Shown here: positions 1 through 11,300 of the stretch, piece after piece | Layout: each line of letters opens with the position of its first letter | How positions within the stretch are numbered: position 1 is the first letter of the stretch | From: Podarcis melisellensis | Taxonomy: Eukaryota | Reading direction: 5' to 3' (one strand) | DNA: 64,000 nt | Assembly (NCBI GenBank): GCA_964234715.1 | Contig: OZ174277.1 | The notes under the pieces: model-generated | The model's database searches: none | What the model was told of the DNA's origin: nothing | What the model saw: the letters and a program-made list of their open reading frames with translations, nothing else | Program-made: the position numbers and the translations under genes

Positions 1-843
1 CTTAAAAAAATGGGGGGGCTTATTGATTTGGTGGGATTACCAAACGCACAAATCTCTACTTAAAAGTAATTGGGATGTGTCTGGAACTCAGTGCTATACT
101 TGCTCAAAATGTTATTGATTTCAGGAACCCATCAACTGAAGTGCCCCAGGCTTAAAGCTACTTTTAGTGTCTCTAAGGAATGTTTCCCCATGTAATCACT
201 GTAGTGCCTGTAAAAATTGTGTAGAATTAAAAGAATTTGTTGATTGGACAGATAAGGAAAGTAGATTCTCCAAGATTTTTACAGTTGTAATACACTAAGC
301 TTATATGCATTTAACTTGTGCTCATTCAGCTTTATGTGCTTGGCAATTTTTTAAAAAATAAAATAGAAAGGGGACAGAAAGGGGGTAGGTCTTTAGCAAA
401 CCCATCCACCATTTATCCCAATGTTCTTTTGATTATACATAGTTTTGGCTTTAGGTGTGATCCCTGGAACGTAGCCCTCATGTATGTTGCAGGCTTACTG
501 TACTACTAAAGGAATCAAATATGTGGCTCAGTGCCCCTGTTTGTGGTGATGCCAGTGAGATAAAATGAGGATATATGAGTATAAAAGCTGTGTCAGGAAT
601 TACAGAAGAACCAATTTGGGTGTAGGTTTTTAGTTGCTAAGCTCTTGCAATGATGACCTGCTGGAATAAAAAGACTTCAAGATGAAGATGAGCCAGAAGT
701 TGCTGGTCGAATGGAGAGGCCTTGAACTCCTGCCTTTCCTTCCATTATAGCCTGATTGAATGACTTTAATCTGTTTGGGAAACCTCCACAGAAGCAGCAG
801 GCTCCCTGATACCCTTCAGTACATGGGAAGGCAGTACATATGT

Positions 844-980
844 CAGGCATAGGCAAACTTGGCCCTCCAGATGTTTTGAGACTACAATTCCCATCACCCC
901 TGGCCACTGGTCCTATTAGCTAGGGATGATGGGAGTTGTAGTCCCAAAAACATCTGAAGGGCCGAGTTTGCCTATGCCTG
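844..980. mobile_element. Non-autonomous hAT MITE (palindromic, TIR CAGGCATAGGCAAACT)
   Basis: TIRs caggcataggcaaact / agtttgcctatgcctg. 8-bp TSD acatatgt/atatatgt (7/8 match). Second copy at 31763. Confidence 0.85.
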
Positions 981-3900
981 ATATATGTGATGGATAGTGG
1001 TGGAGCTATCTAGCCATCTCTGATTTTTCCACCTGTGATTCTGATTATTTGAGCAGGAGAATGCCTGGATAGTGTTAGGGAGACAGTAACCTGCAATAGG
1101 GCTTGCCCAGTGAGTTCATTTTGTAATTGGAAAACTTATGTCTTTGTGCTTTAGAATGCTATTCACACTGATGCTGTGAATAAGGTAAAGGAGCACCAGC
1201 TTTTCACACATCAGTTACAGGAAGCCCACAATTCTGGGCTGTTACTGGTTAATTTTACCTAAGGGAGTTAGTAATTCATTTGTATTGATTGTTTTATTGA
1301 CTTCTTTATACTGTAATCAAATTTTCTTCTTCTAAGGTCATTTCTCCCTTTGACCTTACAGTAGATTTCTTAGTAACATAGCTGGCTTTTCCATGTGCTG
1401 CTGACTCAGATGTTTTCTGTTCAAACTAGACATATTAATTAATTGGCTACTTTGAATCTATTTTTGAATGAGAAATGTACATATAAACCCAAATTCTTTT
1501 CTAATAATTGCTGATTCGTGCAGTTATTTGTCCTATTGACATGAAAGCGGAACCACTCTGAAACTACTTTGCATGCACAATGTGCTATCACCTGCTGTAT
1601 TTTAGCTAACTTGTCCTTCAGATTATTTGTAAAAAGGCATTCATCATTGCTTGGCAAGATTTTTGCATGAAGCAAAACTGGATTTCCAATAGTTTCACTT
1701 TGTAAATATGTTGGGTTTTCTTTTTTAAGTTAATACAGTACTCAAGATCATGGTAAACTTACAGTCATGAATATTAATTGAATGCATGGTTACGCCATGG
1801 AAACGGAATTGTTTCATTCAGTTGAAATGCAAATACCCTGTAACAGGTATTCATACTAAATTTGGCCTCTATAAAATAGTAATTTATTATTTATATCCCC
1901 TTCTGTCATGATCAGAATCCAATGAGATACAAATCCACATTCATTTGCATAACCTTTTACATTTTGAAAATTTAATTACCATAATTTGATAACCCAATCT
2001 TTAGACTGAAGGCTTGTAGAACAGCTTACATATTCTAAAATAAAAAGTAGCTACTGAAACTGAAAGAGCAGCAAAGTCAACATAAAATTTGAAAAAAAAA
2101 ATCTAAAAGTTCTAATAAAAGGCCTAAAATGGGTGGAAGGCTATACTGGAGGGCTGCAGGTTTCCTCTACTCTGCCCTAGGCAAAAGAACTTTTAGCACT
2201 ACAGAAAACCCTTACTCAATATTACTTGCTAGGTAACCAGCCTAAAGATACTATTGGCTTTTGGATCAGCTACTTTGACTAGTTTCAGTTGTTTTGCTCT
2301 ATGAATCCTGGCATTGCTATTGGGAGTAAGCACAAACTTGTTCCAACTAATTAAGCCAATGGAGAAAATGTGTCCAAATTCAGGGGGACACAAGTAATGG
2401 TATCATGAGCAGGAAAATGTCCACCCTGCAGTTAAGAAGACAGTGATTGGACTCTTCATCTTTCCTAGTGGACAATCTCAACCTATGTTCCTTCTTAGGA
2501 AAACAAAGTGGGAATATGGTTGCTGCACAATTCTAGGCATTATTGGATAACCTCATTTCTTGACCTGTTTTTAATCAGGATTTCAGCTGACTATGGAACT
2601 AAGACAGCTTCGTTGCACAAAACTGTAATAATAACTTAATCAAAAGCTTTAATAAACTGGGTGGTGAAAAAAATTGAAGTTCCAAAGGCCTGCCCAAACA
2701 GTAAGGTTACCCTGGATACTGTCGGCTACGCTTGAAGTAGCAGTTACAACCTGACGACTACTATGAATACAAACCCTGCCACTCTGATAAGTATGGGAAA
2801 AGATGAAGGAATCTGAGAGAGGACGGTCATTGCAGGCAAAGGCTCATGGCAGGTGGCACAGGTTCACAACAGAGAGAGCTCTGTGCTGATTCAGACCTGG
2901 CACAATTTAAAACTGGATTAATTTGAACACACAGCAGATATTCTTCAAATTAATCTGATTCCAAATTAGATAGGGAGATTTGATGCGTTGGTGATGTGAA
3001 CTGGTCCTGAAACTTACAAAGTTGCTATGAAGACTTGGAATTTATACAAGGTACTTTGTATGTTTGGTAAGCTAACATTTACTGAAAGTGGGGCAGATTT
3101 AAAGCTTATGACATCTAAATTATTTCCACATTTGAGCCAAAATGCATTTGTTTTTTCTGCATGCCTCAGTGGTGGATGGGACAAGGGTTTGTTTGTTTGT
3201 TCCATTTCCTATCCCAAAGGCTTGGAGTTGGTCAAACACAAAACTGAGATCCTTATTAGCACCTGAACTCCACAAAACGCTGTTCCTTGTTCTGGTGGTG
3301 CTTGTGGGGGTAGCTCTTCATGGTAGAGATATAATGAATTAGAAAATAGGGGAAAGAGCTAATCAATATTTATTATGTTGTGGTCTAAACAAGATTGTCA
3401 TAATAAGCTCTGTTTTTCCTTTTTTTTTTTTAACGCTTCATTGTTTCTTCACTGTCTGCTTTCTGCTCCTCAGTTCCCAACCTCCTTCCTGGAGTCTTCT
3501 AGTCTCCTGTGTGCATGGATAATGAGGGAGCTGCCGTTACCTACTTAATAATCTTTGTAAAGCCCCACTTTATGCATAATTCTCGCTTTGGATTAAGTGG
3601 TGCCCAGGTCTTTTCCTTTCCTTTACAGCTGTTAAAAGTAAAATAGGACTTTTTTTCTTATTCCTTAATGGATCCTTAGTTTAATTATCACTTCTTAGTA
3701 ACCAGAGAAGTATCAAGATTCAGGAAGGCTGAGATTGCAGAGTTGAAAGAGACCATTGTGAGTGAGCTGAGTTCAAGATGGGAGGGCAACTGAATTCATT
3801 GCCTCTCGGGACTGTCTTTGTGGTGGGAAGTCACTTTTGTTCTCGAGGAAAATGCCAGGGGATGGCTGAGCCTGGCTGGTTTGAAAGGAGAGAAGAATGC

Positions 3901-6900
3901 CTCATAATTTATAAATTATTTATCATTCCTTCCTGTAGAAGAACCATTTGATGGCAATATCCCAGTAAAGCAGGTTGATGGAGTTAATTGAATCTGAGCG
4001 TAAGTGTGCAGGGCTCGATGACTTTTTTGTACCCTTTTTTTAGGTTCTTGCCACAGAACTAATGGAAGGAAGTGTAATTTCTAAAGACTTTGAAAGAGAG
4101 CTCTTGAAAGTACTAAAAGTTGGCAACCTCCCGCATGTGAGAAGGGGTTCAGTGTTTCCTAGGATCATACCCTTAAATAGTTTTCTTTTGCTGCATCATT
4201 CCATGTGTTTAGGGAATCTATGGACATAAATGCACCTATGCCAAGTGAAATGTGCCTGTTTTTAGTCCCTCATATGGCTTCTTGCTCAACCTGGCAAATG
4301 CTTTTGCTTTGTAAAGAGTCTTTCAAAGACCTAATCGTTTTTATGTACACGCAGCATAAAATCTTTAAAATATATAGCAAAATCTAAAGCCCCAGTAAGT
4401 TCAGTGAGTCTGACTCTCAGATAAGTATACATGTGATTTTTTTATTTAGGAGGTCATGGTGCTGCAAATAGTTCTGATTGTATCTTCGTCAGAAACATGT
4501 GAGGTAGTTTAGGCTGTGAAATAGTGACTGGCCCAAGGTCACCTAGCAGACCTCATGGTTGAGTGCTGATTTCACTCGTGTGACCTTCCTACACTTCACT
4601 ACACTGGCTCTCAGCCTTAATTTGTAGATCTGTTTTTCCATTTGCCAGACACACTGAAAAAGCACAGATGTCTGTCTGTTATCAGTGTCTTCTTTTTTGG
4701 GGCAGGGGGAGAACTTTTTCTTTTAGACTTCTAATATTTGAACACACCTCCTTATTTCCCCCTTCCCCCGATGGATTTGGGAGTGGAGATTTTCTGAGAT
4801 TTCTACCATTGGTGTTTTGGGATCGGCCAGTTATGCAACTTTCTTGACTTCATAGGATGTATTATAGTATGTATATATTTTGATAAAGCATTGACTTAAC
4901 ATTGGAACAGCCTTCCATGAAATTTAGAAAAGGTTGAATCCAGCAGTTACGTTAATAGAATTTAATTTCAGAATCACTGGGGCTGGACTGGTTGATTAGT
5001 GATGAATAGATAACTCAGGAACATTCGGTTAATGTCTTCACCCTTGAACTCTTCCTGTAAAATTGCATTCTAAAATGTCATTCATGTTACTTTTTAAAAC
5101 CATATTCGGAATCATGTTTTGAACAGCAGCAATAGATAGTATAAAAGTTTTCAAATTCTTTGCATAGTGCAAGAATGATTCCTAAGGAGTCTTTGTAGCT
5201 TAATTTGAGGAGGGTGGAAAGATGTTTCCAGTTGTTTCATGGCTAAAATCCTTTAATGTGATTCTGATTGTCATGGACCAGGTCAACTGGAAACATATAT
5301 TCAAAGAGGGCAATACAATGGGCTGGGGGGATGGGTGGAATGCATGCTGCAGGCACACCACATAAAACTGACCACTTATGCCTCTCCTGAAATGTCAAGC
5401 AGTTCATGTACAGACCCTTAAAACTAGCAGCATTGCATTTGTTATTAACAGCTGAAATATGTTTTGGTAGTGACAACATCTGTACAGCTGAATAGAAACA
5501 GTCTGTTCTAACATCTCAAATGGTTAATTTTACTGATAGGAGAGTATTATGGTGATCATACCTTCAAAGATTTGGTCTGTTTCGTTCACATTCCCCAAAC
5601 CCTTTGGCCCCTTTCAAGGGTTTCTCCCCCACAGTACCATCTTGGAATTATTTATGTTACTGGGTTGCTGTTTTCTCGACAGCAGGATAGAGAGTTGAGG
5701 ACAAGGATCTTCTTCCTCCTGACCATTTGCTCAGCTATGCACATAATCCGATCTAGTGCTGGGTCACATACTTTTCTCTCTAGCAAATACCGTAAAAAAA
5801 TAAAATAAAATACTTTCTGGCCTTGTTGCATTCATTTTCCAAAGTAGCGTGTAAGAAAGGTTGCTATTATGCCTGTTGATAATGAAAATTGCACACGGAG
5901 ATGAATTGCCCCCCCCCCCAACTCAACAAGTGTGTTCCTACAGCTAAGAAGTCAAGGATTTGAACTCTGGTCTAAGTCCATTCCTTCAGAGCACATTGTT
6001 AGAACAATGCAGCTTAAGTGTACCACTTCTGATTTTAGCTTCTTAATCTTCTACCTGTGATTTAGCAAACAAGGCGCATAGGCGATTCAGCCTCATTTAA
6101 TGCAAATATTAGTCTTCTTGCTTCATGATAGTGCTTCTGAAACCAGCATAGAGAAAACTATTCATGAAGTATTCCTTCAGCATAGAGGGAGTTCTATGCC
6201 AAAGATTAGATGTTAATCTTCCATGTAAATGAGGAAAGACAAATACAGCTGTTTTTATATATATGTTTTTTATCATTATTTTGACTGATAAGGTGGTAGA
6301 TTGTCAAAGTTTGACTAGAACCCAATATTTACTGTTTAACAATATTATAATCCTGTTTGTTTTGTATGTTTTGATACGTGTCTTTGAATTAATGGAATGT
6401 TACATTTATTTAAGGTAAAAACATATTCAGACCTGCATGAAGTTCCCGTTTTTTGTGCTGCATAGACTAGTGACAGGGGCCAATGAATCTGTGTGCTTTT
6501 ATATTGTTTGACTTCTACAGTGATGCTCAACCAGATAAAATCCTTTCCAGGCAATCAAATAAATGTGTGCAAATGATCTTGGGTTTGAAATTTCATGTCA
6601 CAGTCCTATACATGTCTACTCAGATGGAAGTCCCCATTGTGTCTTCTCAGTTAGTAGGTATATAACTGCAACCTTAGCATTTTTATACTCCTTGGTAGTC
6701 AGTGGGTTTTGAGGAGTGCACTTCCTGAAGCTAACTTCCCATTAATTTATGCTAAAAGTAGTTTGTGACATTAAATGCCAAAACTGCGTTCAATTTTCAG
6801 ACCCTTCAGAACACACAACGTTGTCAAACAGAACTATTTTTATTTCTCCTAGGTGTCCTCTTGTAGAAAAGGTTTATGCATTTATTTTTTGTTCTGTGTA

Positions 6901-7367
6901 CCAGTGATTTTTGAAAAATCCACTGAGGCTGGGAATGTTTCCCAAGAGCACCTCCTTCTGCATGTGCTACTCCATAGATCTGAACCTATGTGGCCTCCTT
7001 TGGAAAAGACTGGGCAGGCAGGCCCCTGCTGTTGGGGTTTCTTTGGAGAAGTGAGAATTCCTTTCAATGTCAAGCCAGGACATTGCTTAGCCTTCCTTTG
7101 AAAGGGCAGACTGGCTTCTTGAGCCTCAGCATTCTGTTGCAGGCATGCCCTGCTGAGCACATTGATGCTGTAGTTAGCATTTTTCTCTCCAAATATTGTA
7201 AATCATTTCTAATGGAAGGAGATAGATGTTTTCATTAGAAAGGCTCTTTGCCTAGCCCGTGAAAGAGATTTTTACTTACATGTCTAGGTAACGTGTTAAG
7301 CCATATAGGCTTAGTAATTAAAGTACTTTTTTGTAGCTTACTTTAAGTAAGCTTTAACAAAGCATGC

Positions 7368-7396
7368 GAAAGAAAGAAAGAAAGAAAGAAAGAAAG

Positions 7397-7447
<51 letters not shown>
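7368..7447. repeat. (GAAA)n microsatellite
   Basis: Direct reading. Confidence 0.97.
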
Positions 7448-7448
<1 letters not shown>

Positions 7449-7829
7449 GGGGTGTGTTACCCTTCTTCTTTGCCACCAAATTTGTAGTTAATGGTGGGAA
7501 AAGGGGGGGGGGGAGAGATCTATGACTCGAAAGCAAGGTGATGTGAAGGAAAACCCCGTCCCTGCATGTTGGGAACAATTAAAATGCAGTCCTTAAGAGC
7601 TTGCTAAGCATAAATGTTGGGAAAGAGGGGGGCAGGTTTGGAAAGCAATAGTTGAAAGTCTCACTGTCCCAGGCAAGTTAAATTCTGTATATTCATCGGA
7701 GAGGGTTATACAAAGCATGGCCATGAAAGCATCCACTTCATATTGTGTCCTGTGGAGGATTTTGAAGATCCTTTGAGAATAATGGCAAGGGAAATCACTT
7801 AAAATTACTCATCTTTCTTTGTGGAGTAC

Positions 7830-8275
7830 AACCTGGCGTGGTAGGAAAGGGAGGGGGAAACTGTTGATTATTTGCTAGGGGGAGGGGACAGAGAGGGAGA
7901 CAGGCACGCATGAATGAATGAATGCTGAAGCAGAAATCTCCATCTTGCTTCCATGCAAACATGAACAAAGATTGGCTCCCCCCCCCCCCCCGCGCTCTCT
8001 ATGTTGTAACTGGCTGTTGCAGACACCCGCATTATGTTTCAGAAGGAAGCTTTCAGGTTCAAGGACTGTTAATGGTTTCTAATGCTAGGATGTTCCCTGC
8101 AACTCTGAGCTTGCTCTTAAAGAAGAAACAAAAGGGGTGGAGGGGTGGAAGCAGGAGGCAAAAAGTTAGTAAGGGTTGCAAGGACTGTTGGGGAAGCTCT
8201 GGAAATTAGTTTCTTGCATTGTACCCTTGCTTTCTATGGGATCCAAACTGCAGGAACACAGCAGGCTTTTCTGAA
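7830..8275 (+). promoter_or_regulatory. Probable internal non-CpG promoter / 5' UTR of the NHSL1 short isoform
   Basis: Purine/G-run-rich tract directly upstream of the ATG exon at 8276, with no obvious acceptor. The TSS cannot be determined from sequence. Confidence 0.45.
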
Positions 8276-8333
8276 ATGGTGGTGTTTATCAATACAAAGC
8301 TCAAATCGTTAATCAAATTTTTCAAGAAAAAGA
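8276..8333 (+). CDS. NHSL1: NHSL1 alternative first coding exon, MVVFINTKLKSLIKFFKKK (phase 1 end)
   Basis: ATG in good context (gaaATGG), 19 codons + 1 nt, then donor AGA|gtaagt. Joins exon 2 in frame (A+CT = Thr). Resembles the remembered mammalian isoform N-terminus MVVFINAKIKSLIKLFKKK. Confidence 0.9.
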
Positions 8334-11300
8334 GTAAGTAAACGTGGCTTTTAAATCTGTTTAGATATTTTGCAGAAAAGCTAAATCATGTTGCACAAAT
8401 TTTAAGTAATGTGCTTTAATTTATTGAATTGCATAGCATTTTTTCTTTGCCATACTTTGGAGGGTGTAGAAGCAGTTTCTTTAAAGGAAACTGCTGAGCA
8501 CCTGCACTTTTTGTTGTTGTAAACTTTTGAATCCCGAGTCTGCTAATTTTCTTTGGTCTTCCTGAGAAAAGTAGGGGCCCCTTTCATGCAATAAAATAAT
8601 TGCAGAGCTTAAAGCTTTTGTTTAGGTAACTTGATGCAGGTAGTAGATTTGTGTGCTGTAATGTTTATCCAGCTAAAATCTTGTTGAGCCCTCAGCTCCA
8701 CCAACTATTGTGGACATTCAGAGCCAGCTACAGGCAGAAACCTCTGTCTGGATCCTTTGCTTTATTGCACTGGCGCAAACTTGCAACAAAACATTTTTTC
8801 TACTAACACCCAGAATGATTATTGGAACAGTTTTGAACAGCAAGCTGATCTTTCTTTAAGTTGCTACCAGTCTGCATGCATATTTTCTGTTAACAATGAT
8901 ACTCTTCCTCTTGCCCAAAACAAAATTTGTGGTTAAGAGCCTAGAGTCCTAGGTACTTATTTGGGGGGGGGTGTCAAGATAATTCTGCATGTAGCATCTG
9001 TCACCTTCCCTGTAAGTTATTTTATCCCTGGCAGTAGTTTAATACAGCTTTAATTTTTTTCTGGAAGGCTGAGAACGATTGCATTTTCTGTTCATTATCT
9101 TTAGACTTTGACCTCTGATTAGGAAGGACAGCAAAGACAGTCCTGTATCATGTCAGCATTATCTACCTTGCCGCATGAAATGTTCCTGATCATTTTCAGT
9201 GTAATGAATGTAGGTGCCCATAAGAGTTCCTCAAGCGCATCCTGCTGAGGATGTGCTTGATGAGCTCCAAGGGCAACAATGTCATGTTCATGCTCTCCAT
9301 AAAGGAGGGACTTGTACTTAGATATAGCATGTATATAGCAGGCATAAATAATACACAAGAACTAGTCCATACAGTTGGCTCACTGTGGCAAAAGGCAATG
9401 ATTTCCCCCCATTATAAAATGTTTTTATATTTACCTGTATACTTCTTTAGCATACAGAACTCTTAATGTGTAGGAGCATGTTCTGTAACCATTGTGTGCA
9501 ATAGCAGGAGACATTGACTCAGTCTCGCAAGTGCCTCTCATCTGGAGTCATCCTACATGTGGTTAAGTCCCCCTTACCTGATATCTAAATGTTGAGGGCA
9601 TTGCTGGTATTTTTGAGCAGTTTGGACTTTGCAGAGGTAGTGCTGTTTTAACAAGGCAAATAATAAAGTTGAAAAATCTCTTAATTCAGGGCAATAAAGG
9701 GATATGGTCTCAGTAATGAGCAACTAAGAGGCAAAGAAAATCAGGCAGGGCAGTGAGGTAGTGACTATGGTCTTGGGTAAGTTCACATAAACTTAACAAG
9801 TGCTTGGGGTGGGGGCGTGGAAGCACAGATGTAAGGTTTGTGCTTGGGAAAGCTAAGAGTAAAGAGAGCATCATGTGGGCTGAAGGCCAAATACTACCTA
9901 GGGGATAATACAGATCTCCCCTCCTTGACACACATCACTTTCCTTTATGACCACCACAGAAAAAGGCAAAATGCTACTAAAAATTGACCATGGTGATATA
10001 AGCATATGTGTGCTTTAATTTGGCACAAGTATTTCCAGGTATTTCTGTTAGGTTGTATGGGACAATATGAGGGTAGAAAGGAAGAACTTCTACAAGAAAC
10101 CAAAATGTCATCTGAAGGCAGCAAAAATGCCACTGTTCTGTTTTTGCAGTTTGCTATATAAATATAATAATGCAACATTAGAATGCAACCCAGGTTACTT
10201 ACTGCATTTAGATTTAGAAATTGTGGGTGGTATTCCAACTAAGTCGGATACCTATTTAAATTATTTAACTGGGGCATTTTGAGTACCACACTGCACTTTT
10301 CTCAGTGTGGTAGTCAAAATGCCCCAGTTAATTAATTTTCTCCTTAAATTACAGTATTAGCAGCATCCTTTTCATTTCTCTTCTAAGTCTTTATCTTTAC
10401 CTTTATCATACAGTTACCCACTATACACCTTTTTTTTCTAAGCAGGCCACAAGTAAGAACCCATTATGCAGATAAGAAACAAAACCTATAGTAATTATCT
10501 GGAGTGATTTCCTATTTCGCCACCTGAGGTGAAACGGGAAAGTGTAACCCTACCCTGCTTCCACCAAAGCATCCTTTCCTTGGGTCTTGTGGCAATGGAC
10601 GCAAGATATTGTGAGGTGTGGGCAAGATTGCGCCAGAAGCTGCCACTGCTGCTTCTCCACTGGTGGGCAGGAGAGCCACGCACCTCCTTCCCAGAGCCTG
10701 GCACCTTTTAACTTGGTTTGGGAAGGCAGTGCAATGAGTGGAACTGTGCATCAAATTTTGGCCTCCCCCACCCCCATGATACAAGGCAGTGTATGGTCCA
10801 TGGGTTCCCTGTTGAAGTACTCTTGTGACCTACTTGGTATGAAAAGTTGGGCTGCCCTGAACTGAGGTGTCATCGCTATGCTGTTGCTATCCAAATTGGA
10901 TTACTGTTAATAAAGAATAAATGGGCTTTGGAAATTACAGTGGTACCTCGGGTTAAGAACTTAATTCGTTCCAGAGGTCCATTCTTAACCTGAAACTGTT
11001 CTTAACCTGAGGCACCACTTTAGCTAATGGAGCCTCTCGCTGCCACCGTGCCATCAGAGCACGATTTCTGTTCTCATCCTGAAGCAAAGTTCTTAACCTG
11101 AGGCACTATTTCTGGGTTAGCGGAGTCTGTAACCTGAAGCATCTGTAACCCGAGGTACCACTGTATTCAGAAACCTCAGTTGGTGCAAAAAGCAATGATA
11201 ATACTGATTTATTACTTTACAGATCATTTCATTCCACTTCTCTTCCATCTGCACTGGCTTCTAGTTTGTTTCTGAGTACAGTTCAGAGTTCTGGTTCTCA

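Noticed and set aside
7354-7578. Hydrophobic FLSF-repeat ORF that looks like a membrane protein
   Set aside because: It is the translation of the (GAAA)n microsatellite.
7922-8209. 95-aa ORF upstream of the NHSL1 alternative first exon
   Set aside because: Spans a poly-C run and probably the promoter; no homology recognised and the TSS is unknown.
10938-11163. Internal short direct repeats (ttcttaacctga) resembling a CRISPR-like array
   Set aside because: Sub-terminal repeats within a TA-flanked MITE in a vertebrate genome; irregular spacing and no cas genes.
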